Part shown: piece after piece, positions 47,713 to 57,554 of the stretch
Numbering within the stretch: position 1 is the first letter of the stretch
Layout: each line of letters starts with the position of its first letter
Assembly: GCA_964384235.1 (NCBI GenBank)
Contig: CAYLJX010000004.1
Location: 15,916-79,915, forward strand
Length of the DNA stretch: 64,000 nt
Source of the DNA: an uncultured Bdellovibrionales bacterium
GTDB taxonomy: Bacteria; Patescibacteriota; Minisyncoccia; Moranbacterales; UBA1568
Direction: 5' to 3'
Translations under genes and position numbers: made by a program
Notes under the pieces: generated by a model
Seen by the model: the letters and a program-made list of their open reading frames with translations, nothing else
What the model was told of the DNA's origin: nothing
Databases searched by the model: none

Positions 47713-50700
47713 TTAGTAACTTATTTTCACCTTCCCCTGCCCTGTCTGCATGAAGGGCACTACGAGTCCTGAGAGCTCCTTCTTCATCGGTCGAGTATCG
47801 ACTCTGTCATCGTCTTCTTCCTCGTCCAATTCTTCCGGTTTTTCCATGATCACTGTCACGTCTTTCTTGGGACGATAGTGCGATTCGACCTTCATCTCGC
47901 CGCTTCGGAAGAACGAGGCAAGGATGAGGTATTTCTTCTCCTTCTCATTATATACCCATTTGTACCGGAAGGCCGTATCAGAGAGCTTGGTCACTTGGCC
48001 ATCGTATGAGATGGATTCGAGCGTACGAACGATACGGTGCTCTTTATCCTTGACATCGGAGAACGTGAGCAACGTGACATGACCAGCTTCATCGATGAGG
48101 GAAACAGTCGTCTCGTCTTTTTTCTTGCGGTCTTTCTTATTGTCTTTTTTCGAAGATTCCGGATCAGAGTCCGGGACGACCACTGAGACAGTGGTCAGAT
48201 TGTCCGTACCGGTGATATCGAGCTTCTGGGTATCCTTGTTAAACTGAATCTTGGCTTCGGGAACAGTCTTGTCGATTTTGATCGTTACCGTCTTTTTCTC
48301 TTCTTTGTTCTCTTCTTTGTCGGTGGAGAAATACTGAAGTGTATCCGTGCCCTCCTTGGAAAGGATAATCGGTTCGTCATATTCCTTCCATGTCTTGCCA
48401 TCATCGAGGGAGTATTCCGTCTTGTCGATACCGCTGCCTCCTTCGTCATCCGTGGCAGTAAGCGTAACCGTGACATCGCTCACGTACCAGCCATTCTTGC
48501 CTTCCGTACCAGAAAGGAAGTGTTCCGTAACCGGAGGAACGATATCGCCGAGCGTCGCGGTACCATCCGGTACCGGGACGACCCGATAGTCTTTCCCATC
48601 ATCGCCGTCCACGTCGGCTTCCAACGGTTCGAGGTCGTCCAGACCACTCTCCGGAATATCCAACGAAACGACCGTATCGGCAGTGGTCGGCAAGTTCTCG
48701 AACGTCGTATAGGAAACGATTTCCTCGTCAGTCGCCGTCGGTTTCACTTCCTGGAGTTTGAGCGTATACGATCCGGTCGCATAGCCGTCCATCCGGACGC
48801 GGATATGCTCGCCACCGCCGAATCCGACATACTTTCGGTCGCCGAACTGGTAGTAGTAGCTGTTGGGAATACCCTCCTCGAAAGCGATGCGTTCCTCTCC
48901 ATCGATCGTCACCTTCTTTGGTCCGGTATGGCGCCCCTCATCATCGTAGAGATGGATGTCGAGCGGTGAGTAGAGAGACATACGAAGACGGGATTCATTG
49001 TCATCAGTCTCCGGTCGAGCGCTTCTTATAAACACAGATGAATAGCTGTCCTCACTGTTAGTGACAATGTTTGCAAGTAACTGCTGAACTGGACCTACTT
49101 CGGTAAGATTTCTATGCGTATAATTCTTCTCCTCTTGAGAATTAATGTAGCCATTAAGATCCACCCAATACCTCTTCACGTTTTCAGACCCTGAAAACAT
49201 GAGTGCACTCGGTGTGACTACCACTTCGTCGCCATCCACGGTGAACTTCGGTTCATAGACCGGCTCGTACTCGGTGGTCTCACCACAGAGAGGGATGAAT
49301 CCGCCATCATCATCACATTCCACCATTTTCTTTTCCGTATATTCCACACCGCTCACCGTGTCCAATCCCCAACCGGCGATCTGGATCACCTGGATATCCA
49401 AGGGCGGTGTCCATGCATCCAGACGTGCGTGCATCCCGGCCGCCTTATCCAGCAGGTCGTCGTCCAAGACGTTTTCCAGATCCGTCTCGTTCTTGCCCGG
49501 TTCGTCACGTCCATCCTCCGTCCCGAGGAGGAATTTCTTGAACTCATCGTAGTCCCCGATAGTGTCGCCGTACGCATTCTTGAAATCCTCATAGCGTGTC
49601 CGCTCCGATGAGAAGCGTATGAACGGATCGTTCATCCGGTCGAAATACGTGGCCGAAGGAAGGAGTCCGTACGCGCCCGGCATATTCTCCGCGAGCTCGC
49701 GCGCCTCTCCCTGAGACATGAGGGTCGGAATCGGCTCGTCATAGCCGTAGAGCAGCGAAAGAACCGAGAGCGGCGTGCCCATCTGTGGCGAACCGACGAA
49801 GACGATCTTGTCCACGAGACCCGTCTTGCCCTGCCGGTCGAGTTCGAGCATGATCGCCTTGGCGAGGAGGCCGCCGTTGGAATGAGCGATGATTGTCACT
49901 TTGTCACTCTTGGAACTCTCGGAGAGAGCCTGGAGCCTCTCGAGAGCGGAGCGTATCTCGCCATCAGGATACGGCGTTCCGTCCCTCGCTATGTCTTCCA
50001 CGTCCATCCGCCAGTCATAGGCAAACGCTTCGTAGTCATTGATGGTACCACCTGATTTGAGCTCAGCGAGCTTGTCGAGGAATCCTTTGTAGAGAGGCCC
50101 CCCGACCACCAGGTAATCGATTGACTTCAAGACGTCTCTCGTATACACGCTCTCGATGCTCTTGCCATCCTCATCGAGTGAGAGTTCTTCGATGTCATCA
50201 CCGAACTGGTTCGGGAGCCACAGTTGGTCCTCCGTACCGAGAGCACCGTTCTTGTAGAGCTTGCTCGCCTTGATACCAGGAAGAAAGAAGACGTTGGAAT
50301 GACAATTTTCAACGCATCCCGCAAACGGATCCTCGGTCAGAAAGTTTTCCGTATCCACGCCGTTGAAGAACTTCGTCCAATCCGGACCCTCGGGGCGCCC
50401 CCACCAGTTGGACTGAAAGTTCCAGCGGATCTGGCCGGTGAGGTTCGCGACATCGAACTTGGTGTTATTGAAAAAGCGGGAACGGTTCACCCGGATATTC
50501 GTCCCGCGTTCCGAGTAGATATCGGAAATCATGATCCCGACGGCGACCAGGCTGTCATGGAAACTCGAATGCTCCACGGTGAGATAGGCCGTATCATAGA
50601 CCATCAACGTCCCTGTGATTTCCTGGTACCAGTTGTCGAGACCGGGTACCATGACGATCCGACCGCCACCGCTCACGTCGGCATAGTCGAGATCGATCCA

Positions 50701-51033
50701 TCCCTGCTGCGTGGCTCTGAAAAAATATGTCTCGTCGGAGTTTCCGGGATTCTCTTTCCTGAAAACGATCTGCTCATCGTACGTTCCCTGCGCATCGAGC
50801 TTGCCCTGGACATCGAGGATGGCATTGTTGACGAATGAGATGACGGATCCTTTGGCGACCGTCAGCGTCACGCCGGGAGCCACCCGGACCGTCCCTGCGA
50901 TGGTCCGATTACCGGACCAGACTGTGTCCTCGGTAATCATCTGAACATCTTCAGCCTGAGCGGATTTCAGACTGAAAAGACCGAGCGTCAATACGAAAAC
51001 AACCATCCCTCCCAGGACAATCTTCCGGAGCAT
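47713..51033 (-). CDS. Large secreted alpha/beta-hydrolase (LCAT/phospholipase-like) with an N-terminal beta-helix-like region and C-terminal Ig-like domains
   Basis: Signal peptide; FLPGIKAS, YDWR, AHSNGG nucleophile elbow, GSPQMG, GDEVV, H; GWY.SDV.V.L.A.D..SG Ig repeat. Confidence 0.82.
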   Translation of the reverse strand: MLRKIVLGGMVVFVLTLGLFSLKSAQAEDVQMITEDTVWSGNRTIAGTVRVAPGVTLTVAKGSVISFVNNAILDVQGKLDAQGTYDEQIVFRKENPGNSDETYFFRATQQGWIDLDYADVSGGGRIVMVPGLDNWYQEITGTLMVYDTAYLTVEHSSFHDSLVAVGIMISDIYSERGTNIRVNRSRFFNNTKFDVANLTGQIRWNFQSNWWGRPEGPDWTKFFNGVDTENFLTEDPFAGCVENCHSNVFFLPGIKASKLYKNGALGTEDQLWLPNQFGDDIEELSLDEDGKSIESVYTRDVLKSIDYLVVGGPLYKGFLDKLAELKSGGTINDYEAFAYDWRMDVEDIARDGTPYPDGEIRSALERLQALSESSKSDKVTIIAHSNGGLLAKAIMLELDRQGKTGLVDKIVFVGSPQMGTPLSVLSLLYGYDEPIPTLMSQGEARELAENMPGAYGLLPSATYFDRMNDPFIRFSSERTRYEDFKNAYGDTIGDYDEFKKFLLGTEDGRDEPGKNETDLENVLDDDLLDKAAGMHARLDAWTPPLDIQVIQIAGWGLDTVSGVEYTEKKMVECDDDGGFIPLCGETTEYEPVYEPKFTVDGDEVVVTPSALMFSGSENVKRYWVDLNGYINSQEEKNYTHRNLTEVGPVQQLLANIVTNSEDSYSSVFIRSARPETDDNESRLRMSLYSPLDIHLYDDEGRHTGPKKVTIDGEERIAFEEGIPNSYYYQFGDRKYVGFGGGEHIRVRMDGYATGSYTLKLQEVKPTATDEEIVSYTTFENLPTTADTVVSLDIPESGLDDLEPLEADVDGDDGKDYRVVPVPDGTATLGDIVPPVTEHFLSGTEGKNGWYVSDVTVTLTATDDEGGSGIDKTEYSLDDGKTWKEYDEPIILSKEGTDTLQYFSTDKEENKEEKKTVTIKIDKTVPEAKIQFNKDTQKLDITGTDNLTTVSVVVPDSDPESSKKDNKKDRKKKDETTVSLIDEAGHVTLLTFSDVKDKEHRIVRTLESISYDGQVTKLSDTAFRYKWVYNEKEKKYLILASFFRSGEMKVESHYRPKKDVTVIMEKPEELDEEEDDDRVDTRPMKKELSGLVVPFMQTGQGKVKISY

Positions 51034-51122
51034 ACCTCTCAAGCGTCAATAATTAACGTTTTAGGATACAGGGGAAATATGGCTTCAGTCAAGGAACAGC
51101 CGATGTGTGGTAAAGTGAGAGC

Positions 51123-51812
51123 ATGGATACGTCTTTTCGGGAAAATCAGAATAAAAATCCTCTCTCGCTTGGAACGCTTCTGCCGTCGGTCATAGGGATC
51201 GGCATACTGTTCGGATTGGGACTTTTGTTCACGCGCGTGTTCCGGGAAGACATCCTCGCCACGCTTGCGGGACATGCGTACCTCGGAATCCTCGTTTTCG
51301 TAAGTACTACCGCACTCGCGGTCGTTCTCCCCTTTTGGAGCAACTTGCCCCTCATACCGGTCGCGACACTCCTCTATGGTCCGCTTGCGACGACCGGACT
51401 CCTCATCCTCGGGTGGACCATCGGGTCGGTCGTCTCGTTCGCGTTCGCACGCGGCTACCAGCACTGGATGATTCGTCGTTTTCCCACGCTCTCGCGCTAT
51501 GCTTTCGTCGACAGCCTGGTCCATCCGCGACATCCGTTCCTTTCGCTCGTGATTTTGCGCATGACGCTGCCGGTCGACATTCTTTCCTATGCTCTCGGAT
51601 GTTTCAGTTTGCGTGTCTCTCCACGGATGAACCTTTTTTCGACTCTCGTCGGTATCGCGCCGTTCTCCTTTGTCTTCGGATACTTCGGCGCGCTCTCGCC
51701 CGAGACTCAAGTCTTGGTGTCCGTGCTCGCCGCCGCCGGGTTTCTCACGTATTACTTCATGTTTCTCAAACGAATGAGAGGAAACATAGACAAAAGAGAG
51801 AAAATTCAATAA
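51123..51812 (+). CDS. DedA/VTT (TVP38-like) membrane protein
   Basis: GSVVSFAFAR, LRMTLPVDILSYALG, TLVGIAP. Confidence 0.85.
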   Translation: MDTSFRENQNKNPLSLGTLLPSVIGIGILFGLGLLFTRVFREDILATLAGHAYLGILVFVSTTALAVVLPFWSNLPLIPVATLLYGPLATTGLLILGWTIGSVVSFAFARGYQHWMIRRFPTLSRYAFVDSLVHPRHPFLSLVILRMTLPVDILSYALGCFSLRVSPRMNLFSTLVGIAPFSFVFGYFGALSPETQVLVSVLAAAGFLTYYFMFLKRMRGNIDKREKIQ

Positions 51813-51822
51813 TGTAAAAGTA

Positions 51823-51849
51823 CTGGATTCCCGCCTTCGCGGGAATGAC
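51823..51849. repeat. dRS3-like palindromic repeat, ATTCCC-N8-GGGAAT
   Basis: ctggATTCCCgccttcgcGGGAATgac. Confidence 0.7.
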
Positions 51850-51863
51850 ATTTTTTAGGACAC

Positions 51864-52469
51864 ATGACCAAAGACAACAATCCACAATCCGAGGTGAAGC
51901 CTCTCCTTGAAAGAGTGGCGCTCGGGGCACCGAAATATGTCGGGTCGCCTGTTTCGCTCGTCCTCCACACGATCTTCTTCGTGGGGATTTTCGGCTTGCA
52001 GTTCGTCGGCTTCGGCTTCGACCAGATCATGCTCATCCTCACCACGGTCGTCTCGCTCGAGGCCATCTACCTCTCCATCTTCATCCAGATGACGGTCAAC
52101 CACCAGGCCAAGCAGATCGAGGAAGTGAGCGAGGACGTCGAGGAGATCAGCGAGGACGTGGAAGGCATCTCTGAGGACGTCGAGGAAATTTCCAAGGACA
52201 TTGATGACATCCAGGAGGACGTGGAGGACATTTCGGAAGACGTGGAAGAGATTTCCAAGGACATTGATGACATCCAGGAGGACGTCAAGGAAATCGGTGA
52301 GGACGTGGAGGAAATATCGGAAGACGTGGAAGATATCGGCGAGGAAATCGAAAAGGATGACAAGGAGTATACCGCCGACCGCACGCAGGACGTCCAAAAG
52401 ATCCAAAAAATCGAGGGCGTCCTCGAAGAGCTTCTGAAAGAGATCAGGGAGATGAAGGTACGCAAGTAG
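51864..52469 (+). CDS. DUF1003-like 2-TM protein with acidic heptad-repeat coiled coil
   Basis: LTTVVSLEAIYLSIFIQMTVN followed by about 12 EEISEDV-type heptads. Confidence 0.85.
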   Translation: MTKDNNPQSEVKPLLERVALGAPKYVGSPVSLVLHTIFFVGIFGLQFVGFGFDQIMLILTTVVSLEAIYLSIFIQMTVNHQAKQIEEVSEDVEEISEDVEGISEDVEEISKDIDDIQEDVEDISEDVEEISKDIDDIQEDVKEIGEDVEEISEDVEDIGEEIEKDDKEYTADRTQDVQKIQKIEGVLEELLKEIREMKVRK

Positions 52470-52485
52470 TCAAAAATATCTGTGT

Positions 52486-52527
52486 AAAAAAATCTCCGTG
52501 GAGAGAACGATCCTCTCCACGGATTTT
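52486..52527. terminator. Bidirectional terminator
   Basis: aaaaaa..tccgtggagag/ctctccacgga..tttt between convergent genes. Confidence 0.7.
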
Positions 52528-52546
52528 CATTGCCTGACTGTGTGGT

Positions 52547-53638
52547 TCAGGGAGACGAGGACTGCACCACGAACTCACGCGTATCGTGATCGAAGCGAAG
52601 TTTCTTCTTCCTGTCCTCGAACGGCATATCCCACTTGTACAGCCGACCCCGTTCATCGGCGGCACGGATGATTTCCCGCATCCGCCATGGCCGCAGGAGC
52701 GCGACCGTCCCGATAGCGATGCCGCTCGCCCCGGCATGCCAGAGCTCCGCTACGTTGGCGGCATCCTGGATGCCGTTGCCGGCGATGATGGGGATCCTGA
52801 TACCGGCCTCGCGTGCCTCCCTCGCCTTTTCGCGGGTGAGGTGAAAGCACATCGGCCCGGAGAGACCTCCTTTCTTGGTAGACGTGACAGGATCCTCGTC
52901 GAAACGCCTCGGCAATGCCGAGAGGCCCCCTTGTTCCAGATAGCCCCAGTCGATCTCCGGCGTCGAACCCCACGGAATCGCGTTCGCGATCCAGAAGGCG
53001 TCCGCCAGATGTTCGACCGTCGTCAGGACTTTCACCGGAACCAGCGCATTGAGATTGACGATGAGCGGGATGCCGAGGTACCGAAGCGCTTGCAGCACTG
53101 CGCCTATCATGCCGTAAAGCGTGGCAGGATCGATGCCGGTGTTGGGACAGGCGAAGTTCACATGAAGCGCCACCGGTCCCTTGAAATGTCCGAGATGCGG
53201 TTGGAACCGCCGGACAAATTCCTCCGCCTGGAGAACCATATCCGATGAAAAATCTCCCTTGGGCATAAAGGAAAGCATGATCGGATCGGTCCGCCGCTGC
53301 CATACCCCCTTCTTGAGAAGCGCGTCCATACCGGGATTGGTCAACCCTACCGTGTTTACGATGTGGCCGCTCTTGGGATACGCCTTGATACTCCTCGGGA
53401 GCCACTCCTTAGGATGAAGGTCCGGCCGTAACGGGGTGTTGCCGACGTTTGGCTCGAGCGTCATGGTCTTGGCCACGAAACTGCAGCCGCCCCACGTATA
53501 TCCGAGAAACAACTTCCAGAGCCACGAGTACCAGTACTCATTCTCGCAGAAAAACCCACGGGCTCCGGGAGCGTTGAATGCGTATCCGAATTCCACGTCG
53601 ACGCCCGCATATCTTCCACTTCTTGGTTTCAGTTTCAC
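52547..53638 (-). CDS. Divergent class-1 dihydroorotate dehydrogenase-like flavoprotein
   Basis: KTMT...GN, NTVGLTNPG, NFACPN, GGLSGP, IIAGNGI, IGT; AAGGAG SD plus GTG. Confidence 0.72.
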   Translation of the reverse strand: MKLKPRSGRYAGVDVEFGYAFNAPGARGFFCENEYWYSWLWKLFLGYTWGGCSFVAKTMTLEPNVGNTPLRPDLHPKEWLPRSIKAYPKSGHIVNTVGLTNPGMDALLKKGVWQRRTDPIMLSFMPKGDFSSDMVLQAEEFVRRFQPHLGHFKGPVALHVNFACPNTGIDPATLYGMIGAVLQALRYLGIPLIVNLNALVPVKVLTTVEHLADAFWIANAIPWGSTPEIDWGYLEQGGLSALPRRFDEDPVTSTKKGGLSGPMCFHLTREKAREAREAGIRIPIIAGNGIQDAANVAELWHAGASGIAIGTVALLRPWRMREIIRAADERGRLYKWDMPFEDRKKKLRFDHDTREFVVQSSSP

Positions 53639-53703
53639 TGCCTGCTCCTTTCTCTTCAGGTTGTCGAGGAACTACGCCAAAACGAACGTTCTCGTTTCGA
53701 CGC

Positions 53704-53732
53704 AGTGTAGTACGGAAGCCGAAAAGCGTCAA
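53704..53732 (-). promoter_or_regulatory. Sigma70-type promoter followed by a hairpin and boxA-like motif
   Basis: TTGACG-17 bp-TACACT; hairpin about 53674-53703; GTTCCTCGACAAC at 53660-72. Confidence 0.75.
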
Positions 53733-53792
53733 CACAAAAAAGACGAAAGCGGGCCGTGATGTTCTACGAGCCCGCTTTTGCTACCAACTGGA

Positions 53793-54140
53793 TCAGGAAG
53801 ATAGGAAGCGTCGTTCCTTGGTATAAAGTCGTCCCTCCAACGTATCCCGCTGGAAAACGATATAGAACTCGTGTTTGCATCTGTCTCCCCTGAAACGATA
53901 GGTGACCCTTGCCAAGTACACACCCGGATGTGTTTCCGGTTTGATGGGAAACCTCCCGAAGGATATTTCCCTTCTTGCTTCCGGATCAGTCCGGCCGTAA
54001 TGATATTCCAGAACGATGGCGAGTATCTTTTCACGGAGAATTCTCTCGCACGTTTTCCTGCAGGAAGAACTCTTCTTCCGAAACTCCACTTTCTCTTCCG
54101 GAGTAAAGGAAATTCTCACGCCAGCAATTTCACGTTGCAC
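53793..54140 (-). CDS. Orphan basic protein (115 aa)
   Basis: AAGGAGGT SD before GTG; hairpin terminator at 53736-53779. Confidence 0.62.
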   Translation of the reverse strand: MQREIAGVRISFTPEEKVEFRKKSSSCRKTCERILREKILAIVLEYHYGRTDPEARREISFGRFPIKPETHPGVYLARVTYRFRGDRCKHEFYIVFQRDTLEGRLYTKERRFLSS

Positions 54141-54202
54141 GATAGACCTCCTTCCTTGTCGCGTTGTTCAAGAACCGCCCCCAACCTATTAGTCCCCAGT
54201 CT

Positions 54203-56797
54203 CTACCCTCTTTTCCCTGTTGTCAACACCTTCTTGAGATACATACCGGTATACGAGCCGGTTTTGCGGGCGACTTCCTCGGGCGTGCCATGGGCGACGA
54301 GCTTGCCGCCGCCCGATCCGCCTTCCGGTCCGATATCGATGACATAGTCGGCGCTCTTGATGAGATCCATGTTGTGCTCAATGACGAGGACGGTATTACC
54401 CTTCACCACGAGACGTTCGAGGATCTCGATCAGTTTCTTGACATCCTCGTAGTGGAGCCCGATGGTCGGCTCATCGAGGAGATAGATGGTGCGCTCGATG
54501 TGCTGGCGGTAGAGCTCGCTCGCGATTTTCACGCGCTGCGCTTCGCCGCCGGAGAGCGTGGTCGCGGATTGGCCGAGCTTGAGATAACCGAGACCCACTT
54601 CGTTGAGCGTCTTCAGCCGGTCGGCGATGGCCGGGATGTCATGGAAGAACGCGTAGGATTCCTCGATGGTCATCTCGAGCACCTCGTAGACGTTCTTGTG
54701 CTTGTACTTGACCTCGAGGGTTTCCTTGGTGAAGCGCTTGCCATCGCAGACGTCGCACGTCACGTAGACCGTCGGGAGAAAGTGCATCTCGACGGCGATG
54801 AAGCCGTTCCCCTCGCACGTCTCGCAACGCCCGCCGGGACGATTGAAGGAAAAGCGGCCGGCGCGCCACCCCCTGACCCGCGCCTCTTCCGTCGAGGCGA
54901 AGAGGTCGCGCACGTGCGTCCACGCGCCGGTGTAGGTGGCCGGATTGGAGCGAGGCGTCCGACCGATCGGACTCTGATCGATGAGGACCGCGCGGGAGAG
55001 GTACTCGCTCCCGGTGAACGTCTTGCAATGGAAGGTCTTGTTGGATTTGTAGCGGCGGTCGAAACGGGTCTGGAGGTTCTTGTGGATGATCTCGTAGAGA
55101 AGGGTCGACTTGCCCGAGCCGGACACGCCCGTGATGACGTTGAAGCGTCCGAGTGGGATGTCGACGTTCATGTTCTTGATATTGAAGAGCTCTCCGCCGC
55201 GGACCTTGAGCTCGCCCTTTTCCTTGGTCCGGCGGGTCGCCGGGACAGGCACGCGCGTCTCGTCACGCAGGTATGAGAGCGTGAGCGACCCCGATTTGTT
55301 CTTGGGCGCGGTGAGGAGCTCATCGAGAAAACCGGAAACCACGACGCTTCCGCCATGGACGCCGGCACCGGGTCCGATATCGACGATGTAGTCCGAGGCG
55401 AAGATCGTGTCCTCGTCATGCTCCACCACGATGATGGTGTTGCCGAGGCTCCGCAGGGCCTGGAGCGTCTCGATGAGCCGCTCGTTGTCACGTTGGTGCA
55501 GACCGATGGTCGGTTCGTCGAGGACGTAGAGCGCGCCCACGAGCTGGGAGCCGAGCTGCGAAGCGAGCCGGATACGCTGGGCCTCGCCGCCGGAGAGTGT
55601 GTTGGCCCGACGATCGAGGGTGAGATAGTTGAGGCCGACATTGAGGAGAAACTGCAGCCGCGAGCCGATCTCACGGAGGACCACCGCGGCGATCTCACGC
55701 TCACGCTCGGTGAGATCGAGTCCGTCGAAAAAATTCCTCGCGTCTTCGGTGGTGAGCTTGGTCAGTTCGACAATGTTTCGTTTGCCGACGAGGACGTGGA
55801 GCGCTTCCTCGCGCAGACGCGTCCCGTGACAGACCTCACACGGCTCGTCGCCGAAAAAGTGCTTGGTCCCGAGACCGTTGCAGGCCTCACAAGCACCATA
55901 GGGAGAGTTGAAGGAGAAAAGGCGCGGCTCGACCTCCGGATAGGAGAAGCCGTCATAAGGACAGGCGAACTTGGCCGAGAGGACGAACGGATCCGCACCA
56001 AGATGGATTTTCACGAGACCTTCGCTCTCCTCGATAGCGCGCTCCACCGCTTCGGAGAGACGCTCGCCGGACGTCTCGGGAAACTTCTCGAATTCGATGA
56101 GCGGCACCTCGTCGACGATGAGGTCGATGTCATGCTTCTTGTTCTTGGAGAGGATGACCTGTTCGCGCAGGCTCTTGCGCTCGCCGTCGAGGAAGATTTC
56201 CGAGAAACCTTTGCTCAGGGCATTGTAGAGGAGCTGATAGTACTCCCCTTTGCGGCCGCGCACCACCGGTGCCGTGATGATGAGCGAATCGTTTTTTTTC
56301 TTCGGCGAAACAAGAGCTTTCTTCATCCGTTCGCGCACGATCTCGAGCATCTCCTCGGTGGAGAGCTTTTGGATCTCGCGGTTGCAGACGAGACAGTGCG
56401 GCCGGCCCAACCGTGCGAAGAGCACGCGCAGGTAGTCATAGATCTCCGTCACGGTAGCGACCGTCGACCGAGGGTTCCTGCTCGCGGACTTCTGGTCGAT
56501 GGAGATGGCCGGTGAGAGACCGACGATCTCGTCCACGTCCGGCTTCTGCATGGTATTGAGGAATTGCCTGGCATACGCAGAAAGCGACTCGACGTAGCGG
56601 CGCTGCCCCTCGGCGAAGATCGTATCGAAGGCCAGGGAGGACTTGCCGGAACCAGAAAGACCGGTGAAGACGACCATCTTGTTCCGTGGCATCTCGACGG
56701 TGATGTTCTTGAGATTGTGAGTGCGCGCGCCCTTCACGACGATCCACTCAGAGGGTTCGTGTTTCATTGGGGTCATGTTTTTCGATGATTTGGACAT
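54203..56797 (-). CDS. uvrA: Excinuclease ABC subunit A, paralogue lacking the insertion domain (start may be ~56767)
   Basis: [31 protein letters not shown], two LSGGEAQR, two LDEPT. Confidence 0.95.
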   Translation of the reverse strand: MSKSSKNMTPMKHEPSEWIVVKGARTHNLKNITVEMPRNKMVVFTGLSGSGKSSLAFDTIFAEGQRRYVESLSAYARQFLNTMQKPDVDEIVGLSPAISIDQKSASRNPRSTVATVTEIYDYLRVLFARLGRPHCLVCNREIQKLSTEEMLEIVRERMKKALVSPKKKNDSLIITAPVVRGRKGEYYQLLYNALSKGFSEIFLDGERKSLREQVILSKNKKHDIDLIVDEVPLIEFEKFPETSGERLSEAVERAIEESEGLVKIHLGADPFVLSAKFACPYDGFSYPEVEPRLFSFNSPYGACEACNGLGTKHFFGDEPCEVCHGTRLREEALHVLVGKRNIVELTKLTTEDARNFFDGLDLTEREREIAAVVLREIGSRLQFLLNVGLNYLTLDRRANTLSGGEAQRIRLASQLGSQLVGALYVLDEPTIGLHQRDNERLIETLQALRSLGNTIIVVEHDEDTIFASDYIVDIGPGAGVHGGSVVVSGFLDELLTAPKNKSGSLTLSYLRDETRVPVPATRRTKEKGELKVRGGELFNIKNMNVDIPLGRFNVITGVSGSGKSTLLYEIIHKNLQTRFDRRYKSNKTFHCKTFTGSEYLSRAVLIDQSPIGRTPRSNPATYTGAWTHVRDLFASTEEARVRGWRAGRFSFNRPGGRCETCEGNGFIAVEMHFLPTVYVTCDVCDGKRFTKETLEVKYKHKNVYEVLEMTIEESYAFFHDIPAIADRLKTLNEVGLGYLKLGQSATTLSGGEAQRVKIASELYRQHIERTIYLLDEPTIGLHYEDVKKLIEILERLVVKGNTVLVIEHNMDLIKSADYVIDIGPEGGSGGGKLVAHGTPEEVARKTGSYTGMYLKKVLTTGKRG

Positions 56798-56858
56798 ACA
56801 AAAAAAGAAGCTATTGGTCCGTCAGTATACCCCGAAGCGAGGAAAGAATCAATGTTCG

Positions 56859-57554
56859 TCAGAAATACTCTCGGATCAGACGGTACTCGTCTTCACGCTC
56901 GGGATGGACGACGAGTTCGACCGTTCCAGCGGGAACCGTCTCGAAAAAACGCTTCGGATCGGAAAGCCAATCGAGACTCATCATATAGTCGGAAGTAGGA
57001 AGCGGCATCTTTGCATGCATATCCCGTGTGCGTCGCCACAGGACTGAGAGAATTCTTCCTACGAAAGTATTCGTGTGATTGAACATGCCCTGCCGTCCGA
57101 ACCGCACATATCCTATGCCGTATTGCTCCGCCAGCCCGAGAAACACGCGAAAGAATTTCGGAAAGTAATGGATATGCTCATGGGAGTTCAATCCGTCCGG
57201 CAGACGGCCGAAGAGTTCGCGGAAACGCTCTATCTGTACCTGCCACTGCTCTTCGGCGTGCCGAGCCGTCACCTGACCGGTGAGATAGCGCCAGGTAAAA
57301 CTCATGCCACGGAAAAAAGCGCTCCCCCGGACGTTCGTTCCGCTCTTCAGGAAATCGATGAGTTCCAGATGGAGATCGATCTTGACGCCTGTCTCGAGGA
57401 GATCAGCCGCCTCTTCGGGTGTCGTGAAATGGATGAGCACCGCCACACGGTCCAGTTTTCCTTCGCGAGCCAAATGCAAAATCGGCCGGGAAGTCTCCCG
57501 GATACCGTAATCGTCCGCCGTAAGGATGAGTTTGGAACGGATGTCTGCTGTCAT
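56859..57554 (-). CDS. ChbG/YdjC-family carbohydrate deacetylase
   Basis: LTADDYG, LHLE, NSHEHIH, ELVVHP. Confidence 0.85.
   Translation of the reverse strand: MTADIRSKLILTADDYGIRETSRPILHLAREGKLDRVAVLIHFTTPEEAADLLETGVKIDLHLELIDFLKSGTNVRGSAFFRGMSFTWRYLTGQVTARHAEEQWQVQIERFRELFGRLPDGLNSHEHIHYFPKFFRVFLGLAEQYGIGYVRFGRQGMFNHTNTFVGRILSVLWRRTRDMHAKMPLPTSDYMMSLDWLSDPKRFFETVPAGTVELVVHPEREDEYRLIREYF

Noticed and set aside
51855-52465. Antisense repetitive ORFs
   Set aside because: Mirror of the acidic heptad repeat on the plus strand.
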